Shown: piece after piece, positions 1 to 12,430 of the stretch
How the letters are laid out: each line of letters opens with the position of its first letter
How positions within the stretch are numbered: the stretch's first letter is position 1
Assembly: GCA_964016885.1 (NCBI GenBank)
Contig: OZ024765.1
Span: 13,454,001 to 13,518,000 of the forward strand
DNA length: 64,000 bases
Direction of reading: 5' to 3'
DNA from: Eledone cirrhosa
Lineage: Eukaryota
The notes under the pieces: model-generated
The model's input: the letters and a program-made list of their open reading frames with translations, nothing else
The model's database searches: none
Told to the model about the DNA's origin: nothing
Program-made: the position numbers and the translations under genes

Positions 1-455
1 TGATGGTGGAGATGGTGGTGGTGATGGTGGTGGTGGTGATGATGATGTTGGTGATGATGGTGGTGGTGATGATGGTGGTGGTGATGATGGTAGTGGTGAT
101 GATGTTGGTGATGATGGTGGTGGTGATGATGTTGGTGATGATGGTGGTGGTGATGATGGTGGTGGTGGTGATGATGGTGGTGGTGATTGTGTTAGTGATG
201 ATGGTCGTGATGGTGATGGTGTTGGTGATGGTGGTGCTGGTGCTGGTGATGATGGTGGTGATGGTGTTGGTGATGATGATGGTGGTGATGATGCTGGTGG
301 TGTTAGTGATGATGATGGTTGTGGTGATGATGATGATGGTTGTGGTGATGATGATGCTGGTGGTGGTGATGATGATGCTGGTGGTGATAGTGGTGATGGT
401 GATGGTGGTGATAGTGTTGGTGATGGTGTTGGTGATGGTGATGATGATGATGTTA
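1..455. repeat. (GTG/ATG)n trinucleotide tract; similar tracts at 13510-13753, 20080-20450, 23100-23445
   Basis: Direct inspection. Confidence 0.95.
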
Positions 456-518
456 ATGATAAAGATATATTGAACTCAGACTAATTAAAAATAACCAGTA
501 ACGAATAACATAACTTAC

Positions 519-724
519 CTGTTTCTTCTGACCATCCAATGTGATACACTCATTACAGACCGCTTCCTTAACACACTTGTCATCTTTATTTCTGAAGTAA
601 CCTTTCTTACAGGTACAGCCTGGCTTATAATCCTCGCAGTCCTCCCCGTTGTGATCTTCAAACTGTGACCCACACTTCTTTTCACACAAAGATGTCTTTG
701 TGTATTCAGAATTGGGAGGACAAA
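519..724 (-). CDS. Exon: TIL domain (VCPPNSEY...CEKKC...CEDYKPGCTCKKGYFRNKDDKCVKEAVC); gene continues beyond window start
   Basis: TIL Cys pattern; (TTC)n tract + tag acceptor, gtaagt donor; 206 bp, phase 1-0. Confidence 0.92.
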
Positions 725-1517
725 CTAAAGAAGAAGGAGAAGAAGAAGAAGAAAAAGAAAAAGAAGAAGGAGTAGATGAAGAAGATGAAGGTTGGATAAC
801 ATCAATGAGCTTGGCTGGTCCCACTTGGAGATCCAGCTGGATCTGTTGGAGAATGCTGCTTCTGATAGAACCCTCTTGAAGGTGTGTTTGATAAGTATTC
901 AACAGAGTTATGTTGATAACAGATATGAAGCACTCTACTGTTAAATTTTATCTGGAGTATTATATTATTAACAATAGTAATAAATGGAAAAAATATCACT
1001 ATAGCATCATATTTATTTTATTATACATATTTCTGGGATACTAAATTATAGTATGCTTTCATCAGATAAAATAAGTTGACTGTTGAGGTCTATATTTTGG
1101 GTATGTCACTATCTTATACATCAAATATTATATTTTATCTGATGAAAGCATACTATTATTTAGTATCCTTGAAATCATCATCATCATCATCATCATTTCA
1201 TTTTACGTCCGCTTTTCCCTGCTTGCAAGGGTGGGACGGGAATTGATTCTGGCTTGATTTCTACAGCTGGATGCCCTTCCTAACACCAACCTCATTTACA
1301 GTGAATGGTGGGTGCTTTTTTGCCATTGCACCTCCACGACCACTTTGCAGTGGAATGACAGGGACCCCAGTCCCTATCATCTAATTATATATATACATAT
1401 ATATATATACACACACACACATTATATATATATAATGTATGTATGTATGTATGTATGTATGTGTGTGTGTGTGTGTATATATATATATGTATATATATAT
1501 GTATATATATATGTATA

Positions 1518-1644
<127 letters not shown>

Positions 1645-1653
1645 GTGTATATG

Positions 1654-1701
<48 letters not shown>

Positions 1702-1704
<3 letters not shown>

Positions 1705-1790
1705 GGGTTGGACAAAATAATGGAAACACCTAGCATCATAATTTTGAAATATCTATAAAACCGTCAAAAGCTTGTTTATTTTTATTGTTC
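1702..1790 (+). mobile_element. Tc1-like terminal fragment
   Basis: TA-CAGGGGTTGGACAAAATAATGGAAACACC resembles a Tc1 TIR; no partner end seen. Confidence 0.5.
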
Positions 1791-2129
1791 TACAGTAATT
1801 TTGGGAGCTGTACTTTTGTGATCCTTTCTAACAATTCGCGTAAGGGTCCGACGGTCCCTATCTGAAAGTTTTGGTTTTCTTCCGGAGTTTTGTTTCGACG
1901 AGGAGGTTTTTCTCTCTTTCTCAAAGGGCGGTGGATTGGCAGTATATCGGTAGAGGGTCGGACGCCATGCTTTCCAGCATAGTTACGTCCCTTTATGATC
2001 TAAGTTCAAATCCTGCTGAGGTTGACTTTGCCTTTCATCCTTACGGGGGTCGATAAAATAAAGTACCAGTAATGCACTGGGTAATTGCTGGCCTTGTGCC
2101 TAAAGTGTATATATATATATATATATATA

Positions 2130-2175
<46 letters not shown>

Positions 2176-2455
2176 CATTATGAAGAGAGAAGAAACATTT
2201 AGATATAATTAGTAATAAAATGTATCATACCTAAACTGTTCCTAAATTCCTCGACTACGTAGTTTCGTGGCATAAACAAAAACAATATATCAAAGATATA
2301 GAGTCCCTGCGCGCCTCCGTGGTATTTTCTTCGTGGTTATAAGAGGCTTAGCTCTGTTTCTCGACCGTTATATCGCGTGACTATCTCCTCCTCCGCCTTT
2401 TGGGATTCTTTCTCACGTCGTGTAGACGCGTTCTTGAGACTAGTAAAATGAGGTA

Positions 2456-2543
2456 TCCTCTTGATAAGTCGGCAGACCTCGCAGGGACTCTATATCTTTG
2501 ATATATTGTTTTTGTTTATGCCACGAAACTACGTAGTCGAGGA
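2456..2543 (+). ncRNA. Type I hammerhead ribozyme, U3:A8 core variant (copy 1)
   Basis: Stem I TCCTC/GAGGA; core TTGATAA; stem II GT(C)GGCA/TGCCAC; GAAA-C-TACGTA-G-TC; predicted cleavage after 2538. Confidence 0.8.
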
Positions 2544-3046
2544 ATTTAGGAACAGTTTAGGTATGATACATTTTATTACTAATTATATCTAAATGTTTCT
2601 TCTCTCTTCATAATGTATTTTTAACTCTGATACTGGTTCAGTCTGGTTCAAACTGAATTGGTCTGTCCCAGTCATTCATTGAGCAACATCGGTGAAGTTG
2701 GCACCCTTAACTCACAGTTGGGTGCGGATGCATTCATGTATATATGTGTGTGTCCGCATGTATCTGTGTGTTTCTAAATATATTAATAACTCCCTCTGGT
2801 CGAGCAATCTTTGAAGTGTGGGGACAACTGGAAAGCTTCCATTACTCATACTTCTCGCCTTCTTCACTACCTCTTCTACGGCCTCGATATGAATACCCCC
2901 TCCGCCTCCGTGGTATTTTCTTCGTGGTTATAAGAGGCTTAGCTCTGTTTCTCGACCGTTATATCGCGTGACTATCTCCCCCTCCGCCTTTTGGGATTCT
3001 TTCTCACGTCGTGTAGACGCGTTCTTGAGACTAGTAAAATGAGGTA

Positions 3047-3134
3047 TCCTCTTGATAAGTCGGCAGACCTCGCAGGGACTCTATATCTTTGATATATTGT
3101 TTTTGTTTATGCCACGAAACTACGTAGTCGAGGA
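3047..3134 (+). ncRNA. Type I hammerhead ribozyme, U3:A8 variant (copy 2)
   Basis: Identical to copy 1; predicted cleavage after 3129. Confidence 0.8.
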
Positions 3135-3635
3135 ATTTAGGAACAGTTTAGGTATGATACATTTTATTACTAATTATATCTAAATGTTTCTTCTCTCTTC
3201 ATAATGTATTTTTAACTCTGATACTGGTTCAGTCTGGTTCAAACTGAATTGGTCTGTCCCAGTCATTCATTGAGCAACATCGGTGAAGTTGGCACCCTTA
3301 ACTCACAGTTGGGTGCGGATGCATTCATGTATATATGTGTGTGTCCGCATGTATCTGTGTGTTTCTAAATATATTAATAACTCCCTCTGGTCGAGCAATC
3401 TTTGAAGTGTGGGGACAACTGGAAAGCTTCCATTACTCATACTTCTCGCCTTCTTCACTACCTCTTCTACGGCCTCGATAAATACCCCCTCCGCCTCCGT
3501 GGTATTTTCTTCGTGGTTATAAGAGGCTTAGCTCTGTTTCTCGACCGTTATATCGCGTGACTATCTCCCCCTCCGCCTTTTGGGATTCTTTCTCACGTCG
3601 TGTAGACGCGTTCTTGAGACTAGTAAAATGAGGTA

Positions 3636-3723
3636 TCCTCTTGATAAGTCGGCAGACCTCGCAGGGACTCTATATCTTTGATATATTGTTTTTGTTTATG
3701 CCACGAAACTACGTAGTCGAGGA
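3636..3723 (+). ncRNA. Type I hammerhead ribozyme, U3:A8 variant (copy 3)
   Basis: Identical to copy 1; predicted cleavage after 3718. Confidence 0.8.
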
Positions 3724-4226
3724 ATTTAGGAACAGTTTAGGTATGATACATTTTATTACTAATTATATCTAAATGTTTCTTCTCTCTTCATAATGTATTT
3801 TTAACTCTGATACTGGTTCAGTCTGGTTCAAACTGAATTGGTCTGTCCCAGTCATTCATTGAGCAACATCGGTGAAGTTGGCACCCTTAACTCACAGTTG
3901 GGTGCGGATGCATTCATGTATATATGTGTGTGTCCGCATGTATCTGTGTGTTTCTAAATATATTAATAACTCCCTCTGGTCGAGCAATCTTTGAAGTGTG
4001 GGGACAACTGGAAAGCTTCCATTACTCATACTTCTCGCCTTCTTCACTACCTCTTCTACGGCCTCGATATGAATACCCCCTCCGCCTCCGTGGTATTTTC
4101 TTCGTGGTTATAAGAGGCTTAGCTCTGTTTCTCGACCGTTATATCGCGTGACTATCTCCCCCTCCGCCTTTTGGGATTCTTTCTCACGTCGTGTAGACGC
4201 GTTCTTGAGACTAGTAAAATGAGGTA

Positions 4227-4314
4227 TCCTCTTGATAAGTCGGCAGACCTCGCAGGGACTCTATATCTTTGATATATTGTTTTTGTTTATGCCACGAAAC
4301 TACGTAGTCGAGGA
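4227..4314 (+). ncRNA. Type I hammerhead ribozyme, U3:A8 variant (copy 4)
   Basis: Identical to copy 1; predicted cleavage after 4309. Confidence 0.8.
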
Positions 4315-4918
4315 ATTTAGGAACAGTTTAGGTATGATACATTTTATTACTAATTATATCTAAATGTTTCTTCTCTCTTCATAATGTATTTTTAACTCTG
4401 ATACTGGTTCAGTCTGGTTCAAACTGAATTGGTCTGTCCCAGTCATTCATTGAGCAACATCGGTGAAGTTGGCACCCTTAACTCACAGTTGGGTGCGGAT
4501 GCATTCATGTATATATGTGTGTGTCCGCATGTATCTGTGTGTTTCTAAATATATATAAATATATATCATATATCATCATCATCATCATTCATCATTTCAT
4601 TTTACGTCCGCTTTTTCCCTGCTTGCAAGGGTGGGACGGGAACTGATTCTGGCTTGATTTCTACAGCTGGATGCCCTTCCTAACACCAACCTCATTTACA
4701 GTGAGTGCTGGGTGATTTTTTGCCATGGCACCTCCACGACCACTTTGCAGTGAAATGATATGGACCCCAGTCCCTATCATCTCATTTCTACAGCTGAGTA
4801 AACTGGAGCAATGTGAAATAAAGTGTCTTGCTCAAGGAAACAACACATCACCCAGTCTGAGAATTGAACTCACAACCTTTTGATTGCAAGGCCAATGCTC
4901 TAACCACTAAGCCACGTG

Positions 4919-5148
<230 letters not shown>

Positions 5149-5383
5149 CGTGTGGCGCAATGGTTAGAGAATTGGATTCGCAATCTTGAGGTTGTGAGTT
5201 CGATATCTGGACTGGGCGATGCGTTATGTCCTTGAGCAAGACACTTTATTTCACTTTGCTCTTTCTACCTGGAGTTGCGACCGATAGATAGTATTAACAA
5301 CTGGAAAGACCAACGGAAACATTGTTTCCTCGGTCCGATTTGACGAAAGTCGAACGATCCTTTTATATATATATATAAGTATG

Positions 5384-5415
<32 letters not shown>

Positions 5416-5495
5416 TACATATATATGTATATATATATATATATATACATATATATGTATATATATATATATGTATATACATATATATATATATA

Positions 5496-5526
<31 letters not shown>

Positions 5527-5823
5527 TTAAATATATATATACATATATATATATGTGTATATATATATATACAACTACACATGGGGCAGTGGATTGGCAG
5601 TATTGGTAGAGGGTCGGACGCCATGTTTTGCAGCAAAGAGTTTATGGCCCTTTATGGTCTGAGTTCAAATACCGCCGTAGTTAACTTTGCCTTTCATCCT
5701 TACGGGGGTCAATAAAATAAAGTACCAGTAATACACTGGGATAATTGCTGGCCTTGTGCCAAAAGTAGAAACAAGTATTATCTTTGAGAATCTTCACACC
5801 AATTCTGTCTTTCTGAAACTTAC

Positions 5824-5979
5824 CGCATTCTTTTTCTATTTTGCAATTCTTCTCATCCCGCAGGAAATTTTGGCACTTTTTGTTGTATTGCCCAATATTG
5901 GTATTGCGAAACCTGTATTGTGTTCCGTAGCTACATTCCCCAGTACATAAAGACCATGGCCCCCAATTTCCACAGGAAA
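5824..5979 (-). CDS. Exon: TSP1 repeat (SCGNWGPWSLCTGECSYGTQYRFR...)
   Basis: TSP1 motif; ttacag acceptor, gtaagt donor; 156 bp, phase 1-1. Confidence 0.92.
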
Positions 5980-6049
5980 CTGTAATAAGGAAAGTGGATA
6001 TAAATATCAATTAGTAATTAATTAGTTATGGAACCATGCATACAAACAT

Positions 6050-6850
6050 TTATTTAAAACCCTTCTTTCATAATTTTATGTAAGAACTATTGTTAAGTTA
6101 TGTTCCAAAAACCAGGTTAATAAGTCAGTGTCTTTCATTAGAAATATGGTAATGAAAGTGTTAAAGTGTTTATATTTATCTAAAACCTTTCTTTTATAAT
6201 TTTATATAAGAACCTTTGTTAAGTTATGTTCCAAAAACCAGGTTAATAAGACAGTGTCTTTCATTAGAAATATGGTAATGAAAGGGTTAAAGTGTTTATA
6301 TTTATCTAAAACCTTTCTTTTATAATTTTATAGAAGAACCTTTGTTAAGTTATGTTCCAAAAACCAGGTTAATAAGACAGTGTCTTTCATTAGAAATATG
6401 GTAATGAAAGTTTTAAAGTGTTTATATTTATCAAAAACATTTCTTTCATCATCATCATCATCATCATCATCATTCTACGTCTGCTTTTCTCTGCTTGCAA
6501 GGGTGGGACTTTCATAATTTTATACAAGAACCTTTGTTAAGTTATGTTCCAAAAAACCAAGTTAATAAGACAGTGTCTTTTATTAGAAATATGGTAATGA
6601 AAGGATTAAAGTGTTTATATTTATAGAAACCTTTGTTAAGTTATGTTCCAAACACCAACTTAATACTGAGAAAGTTAATTATATTAACTAAATCCCCTCA
6701 ATTTTCATTAGAAATATGGTGACAAAAGGGTTAAAGTGTTTATATTTATCTAAAAACCTTCTTTAATATTTCATGTAAGAACCTTTATTAAGTTATGTTC
6801 CAAACACCAACCTAATACTGAGAAAGTTAGTTATATTAAATCTCTCCAAT
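6050..6850. repeat. ~127-bp AT-rich tandem repeat; same family at 53350-54010
   Basis: Unit contains TTCATTAGAAATATGGTAATGAAAGGGTTAAAGTG. Confidence 0.85.
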
Positions 6851-8161
6851 TTCTTGATTATTTTAAAAATGATTTGAAAACCGTATATTAACTGAATCCT
6901 TCCAAATTTTTTATTATTTTCAAAATTATTTTAAAATCATAGACAGTATATTTAAAAACAAAATTAAAATTTAGTATTTTGCTCTAACATAGTGAAGGTG
7001 CATAGCTAGGTGGTTAGAGCATTGGGCTTGTAATTGAGAGGTTGTGAGTTCAATTCTCGGACTGGGTGATGCGTTGTGTCTTTGAGTAAGACACTTTACT
7101 CAGCTGTAGAAATGAGTTGTGATGTCACTGGTGTCAAGCTGTATCAGCCATTGCCTTTCCCTTGGACAACATCATATATAGTGTATATATAGAGTATAGA
7201 GTGTATATATTGATTATATAGTGTATATATTTTGAGTATAGAGTGTGTATATAATGTATATATAGTGTATATATACTACAGTAGTGTGTATATAATGTAT
7301 ATATAGTGTATATATACTACAGTAGTGTGTATATAATGTATATATGAGTTGTGATGTCACTGGTGCCAAGCTGTATCAGCCATTGCCTTTCCCTTGGACA
7401 ACAGCGGCGGTGTGGCATGGGGAGGGGTGACTGTTGGTCTTCCACAAAACAAACTTTACCCAGGCTTGTACCTTGTAAGGAAACTTTCTAGGTGCAAAAC
7501 CATGGTCATTCATGACCAAAGGGGGCCTTAAAAAAAAGTGGCTAGGTAAATGTATTTGTGAACAAAAGGATGTCGGTGGTCATCTAAAAATCATAGTGTA
7601 ATGAGGCTGTTTGCTTGCAAACGAATCGAATGTTATTATTATTCGATATTTATTCGATTATTATTCCTGCCGAGGTTAACTTTGCCTTTCATCCTTATGG
7701 TGTCGATAAAATAAAGTACCAGTAATGTGCTGGGTAATTGCTGGCCTTGTGCCAAAAGTAGAAACAATTATTATTCGATATAAGGGCGGTGGATTGGCAG
7801 TATTGGTAGAGAGTCGGACACCATGTTTTGTAGCATAGAGTTACGAGCCTTTATGATCTGAGTTCAAATCCCGCCAAGGTTAACTTTGCCTTTCATCCTT
7901 ACGGGGTCGATAAAATAATGTACCAGTAATGCACTGGGGGGGGGGGGGGGGCGTAATTGCTGGCCTTGTGCCAAAAGTAGAAACAATTATTATTTGATAT
8001 AAAATTCACAAATACACAGTGTATTTAGTTATATTACTAAATCTCTCAAGTCTTGGAGGACCTGTAAAGATCATGGGTACTGACCCCTTTTTTTCCAGAA
8101 CCCTATCGCTACACTCATGTATAAAAACATAAACCAAACAAATGTAAATCCCTGTACTCAC

Positions 8162-8311
8162 TATCACAATCAGGCCCTTTACAGGGTCTTGACTCCACGC
8201 CTTCCTTTCTACATTCATGATTGGGTAAGACTCTTCTTTTTCTCTGTTGAATACCAATGCCACATTTGTTATTGCAGTCACTCCATTCAGTCCACTCAGA
8301 TGTTGCACAAC
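8162..8311 (-). CDS. Exon: TSP1 repeat (CCATSEWTEWSDCNNKCGIGIQQRKR...)
   Basis: TSP1 motif; ttttcag acceptor, gtgagt donor; 150 bp, phase 1-1. Confidence 0.93.
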
Positions 8312-8404
8312 CTGAAAAACAACGCAGAAACGATAAGGAAAAACGATGATAAAGAAGTTCATATACAGACATCCTTTTACAGTATATAATAAGTTAAAGT
8401 CAAT

Positions 8405-10725
8405 ACTTTGTAAAGTGGTAGTGTTGGTGCCATGATAAAAATATACCGAGTACACTCTGTATAGTGGGAATGCTGGTGCCATGATTAAATAAACCCAGTA
8501 GACTTTGTAAAGTGGGAGCATTGGTGCCATGATAAAATACACCCAGTACACTCTGTAAAGTAGTAGTGTTGGTACTATGATAAAATACACCCAGTACACT
8601 CTGTAAAGAGGTAGTGTTCATGCCATAATTAAATACACCCAGTACACACTGCAAAGAGGTAGTGATGGTCTTCTTTTTCACCACCCACTTATTCCTGAGA
8701 GGGTAGTGGAGGCAGAGTGCTTAAACACTCCTTCCAGTGGGTCCTGTCAGAAGCAACCGTCCCCAACTGATCTGGCTGGATCCCCAAGCGAGACCAGCCA
8801 AGCTCATGGATGTTATCCAACCATCTTGCTCAGGGTCTACCCCTGGGTCTCCTGCCGGTTGGTTTTGCCTGTAAAATCTGTCCAGTGATTCTTTCCTGAG
8901 ACATTGTAACCACATGTCCATAGTATCGGAGCTGTGATCTCTCAATTCAGAGAAGTAGCAGCTCTACCTGGAGTGACTCTCTGATCTCTGAGCTATAAAT
9001 ATGTCCAGTGATTCTTTCCTGAGACATTGTAACCACATGTCCATAGTATCGGAGCTGTGATCTCTCAATTCAGAGAAGTAGCAGCTCTACCTGGAGTGAC
9101 TCTCTGATCTCTGAGCTATAAATATGTCCAGTGATTCTTTCCTGAGACATTGTAACCACATGTCCATAGTATCGGAGCTGTGATCTCTCAATTCAGAGAA
9201 GTAGCAGCTCTACCTTGAGTGACTCTCTGATCTCTGAGCTATAAATATGTCCAGTGATTCTTTCCTGAGACATTGTAACCACATGTCCATAGTATCGGAG
9301 CTGTGATCTCTCAATTCAGAGAAGTAGCAGCTCTACCTGGAGTGACTCTCTGATCTCTGAGCTATAAATATGTCCAGTGATTCTTTCCTGAGACATTGTA
9401 ACCACATGTCCATAGTATCGGAGCTGTAATCTCTCAATTCAGAGAAGTAGCAGCTCTACCTGGAGTGACTCTCTGATCTCTGAGCTATAAATATGTCCAG
9501 TGATTCTTTCCTGAGACATTGTAACCACATGTCCATAGTATCAGAGCTGTGATCTCTCAATTTGGAGAAGTAGCAGCTCTACCTGGAGTGACTCTCTGAT
9601 CTCTGAGCTATAAATATGTCCAGTGATTCTTTCCTGAGACATTGTAACCACATGTCCATAGTATCGGAGCTGTAATCTCTCAATTCAGAGAAGTAGCAGC
9701 TCTACCTGGAGTGACTCTCTGATCTCTGAGCTATAAATATGTCCAGTGATTCTTTCCTGAGACATTGTAACCACATGTCCATAGTATCGGAGCTGTGATC
9801 TCTCAATTCAGAGAAGTAGCAGCTCTACCTGGAGTGACTCTCTGATCTCTGAGCTATAAATATGTCCAGTGATTCTTTCCTGAGACATTGTAACCACATG
9901 TCCATAGTATCAGAGCTGTGATCTCTCAATTCGGAGAAGTAGCAACTCTACCTGGAGTGACTCTCTGATCTCTGAGCTATAAATCTGTCCAGTGATTCTT
10001 TCCTGATCATTCTAACCACATGCCCATAATATCAGAGCTGTGATCTCTCAATTCGGAGAAGTAGCAACTCTACCTGGAGTGACTCTCTGATCTACAAATC
10101 TGTCCAGTGATTCTTTCCTGAGACATTCTAACCACATGTCCATAGTATCAGAGCTGTGATCTCTCAATTTGGAGACGTAGCAGCTCTACCTGGAATGACT
10201 CTCTGATCTCCGAGCTACACACCCTATAGAGGAATCCCATTTTAGCTGCTTGTATTTGTGATCGTATACTTTCGGTGATTACCCAAGATCCATGACCATA
10301 GGTAGTGTTGGTGCCATGATAAAATACACCCAGTACACTCTGTAAAGTGGTAGTGTTGGTGTCATGATAAAATACACCCAGTACACTCTGTAAAGTGGTA
10401 GTGCTGGGGTCATGATAAAATACACCCTGTCCATTCTGTAAAGTGGTAGTGTTGGTGTCATGATAAAATACACCCACTACACTCTGTCAAGTGGTAGTGT
10501 TGGTGCCATGATATAATACACCCAGTACACTATGTAAAGAGGTAGTGCTAGTGCCATGATAAAATACACCCAGTACACTCTGTAAAGTGTTAGTGTTGGT
10601 GTCACATTAAAATACACCCAGTAGACTCTGTAAAGTGGTAGTACTGGTGTTACAATGAAATACGGCCAGTAAACTCTGTAAAGTGGTAGTGTTGGTATCA
10701 CAATAAAATACGCCCAATACACTCT
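8405..10725. repeat. 48-bp minisatellite in two blocks (8405-8665, 10300-10725) split by the RTE insertion
   Basis: Unit AAAATACACCCAGTACACTCTGTAAAGTGGTAGTGTTGGTGCCATGAT. Confidence 0.85.
8690..10305 (-). mobile_element. RTE-like LINE 3' fragment containing a 123-bp tandem array (~10.5 copies, 8878-10215)
   Basis: TYGHGSWV...IQAAKMGFL..IERSQL..YGHV..GRPR.RW translation; period 123. Confidence 0.8.
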
Positions 10726-10862
10726 GGAGGAAGGCAGGGGTAGAGGGGAGGGGGGAATAAACAAACAAAAATCTAAAATAGAAAAAGAAAAAACCACCAA
10801 AAAAAAAACAGACCAACAAAACAGCACCCCCCCCCAAAAAAAAAACCCAACGATTTACTAAC

Positions 10863-11030
10863 ATTTAATGTTTGTGTTGCAAGGTGAAACTTCAAAAGGT
10901 TGTCCAAAACACGTGGTCCCATTACATCGAGGTACTGGATTAGAACAGGTCCGAACTCTCCACTTCTTACCACCATTACAGCTCTCACTGCACATGCTCC
11001 ATTTTGACCATTCTGACCAATCACCATTGA
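10863..11030 (-). CDS. Exon: TSP1 repeat (VNGDWSEWSKWSMCSESCNGGKKWRVRTCSNPVPRCNGTTCFG...)
   Basis: Canonical TSP1; (CT)n tract + tag acceptor, gttagt donor; 168 bp, phase 1-1. Confidence 0.94.
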
Positions 11031-11679
11031 CTAGAGAGAGTGAGAGAGAGAGAGAGCCAGAGAGAGAGGGAAATAGGAAGAGGAAATGGAAAGTAAAAAA
11101 TATGAGGAAAATAAAATTTAAAAAAAAAAAGAAATTTTTAATTAAAATTAAAATGAATTCCAATAAATTTGAAAAAGCAACAAAAATTTTTTTAATGAAA
11201 TAATATAAAGAAATTAAAGAATTAAAATATATTAAAAAAACAACAAAAGAAATAAAATAAGATATATTCAAAAAGTCTGTCACAAGCCCAGATGCTCATC
11301 CGGCCGGTACTTTTCCCGGTTTCCATGGTTTTAAGTGACTGAGAGTACAATACTCCCTCCTGGAGATGACACCAGTTCATTACAGGCATAACCCTTTAGC
11401 GTTTACATTACTCTATATATCCTATTGTATTTTTGTGGTAAAGTCTTTACCTCACAATATCGAATTTATGACATTTTGATATTATTTATTTGAGAACAAT
11501 ATCTTAACATCAGTATGGGTAGCACATTTCAGCCGGTTTAAACAGAAAGAGGTGAGAGAATTCTGGCAGGATATGGCTGGTTTAAATGCTAAAGAGTTAA
11601 AGTCTGTCACAAGCCCAGATGCTCATCACACTGGTACTTTTCCTGGTTTCCATGGTGTTAAATGACTGAGAGTAGAAGA

Positions 11680-12170
11680 CTCTCCCTGGAGAGGACACCA
11701 GTCCATTACAGGCTTAAAGTCTATCTCAGGGCTGGAGGCTCATTTGGCCGGTGCTTATCCCAATTTCCACAGCATGAAGCAGCTGAGAGTACAAGACTCC
11801 CCCTGGAGAGGACACCAATCCATTACAGGCTTAAAGTCTGTCTCAGGGCTGGAGGCTCATTTGACCGGTGCTTATCCCAATTTCCACAGCATGAAGCAGC
11901 TGAGAGTACAAGACTCCCCCTGGAGAGGACACCAATCCATTACAGGCTTAAAGTCTGTCTCAGGGCTGGAGGCTCATTTGGCCGGTGCTTATCCCAATTT
12001 CCACAGCATGAAGCAGCTGAGAGTACAAGACTCTCCCTGGAGAGGACACCAGTCCATTACAGGCTTAAAGTCTGTCTCAGGGCTGGAGGCTCAATTGACC
12101 GGTGCTTATCCCAATTTCCACAGCATGAAGCAGCTGAGAGTACAAGACTCCTCCTGGAGAGGACACTTGT
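11680..12170. repeat. 117-bp tandem repeat (~4 copies) derived from a SINE 3' end
   Basis: Period 117; runs into a minus-strand tRNA-SINE body at 12170-12345. Confidence 0.85.
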
Positions 12171-12380
12171 CTATCGCAGGATTGAACCAGCAGTTATTGT
12201 TGCTGGTTCTTATCTTCATCTGAGTATACTGGAGCAACATGAAATGAAGTGTTTTGCTCAAGAACACAACACACAACCCAGTCCTGGAATTGAACCCACC
12301 ACATTATCATACGTTCAATACCCTCACCACTGGGCTACACTCCTTCATAGAATATCTTATGGTTAAGGAATATGTCTTAC

Positions 12381-12430
12381 CATTTGTAGTTGGTCTCGGA
12401 GTACAAACCTCCTGGAAGTTATGGCACCGA
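12381..12430 (-). CDS. Exon: CRCHNFQEVCTPRPTTN
   Basis: ttttcag acceptor, gtaag donor; 50 bp, phase 2-1. Confidence 0.88.

Larger units (their letters stand above)
2173..4554 (+). mobile_element. Retrozyme / Penelope-pLTR-like element: ~3.8 tandem 591-bp units preceded by an inverted 139-bp partial copy
   Basis: Periods 591/589/591, near-identical; 2173-2311 is the reverse complement of 2480-2618; one hammerhead per unit; flanked by (TA)n. Confidence 0.8.

Noticed and set aside
2744-2971. 75-aa ORF in the 591-bp unit
   Set aside because: No motif is recognisable and it is broken by a 2-bp deletion in another unit; the unit is better explained as non-coding RNA.
11662-12366. 234-aa ORF with 39-aa repeats
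   Set aside because: It is a by-product of a 117-bp SINE-derived tandem repeat, antisense to the host gene.
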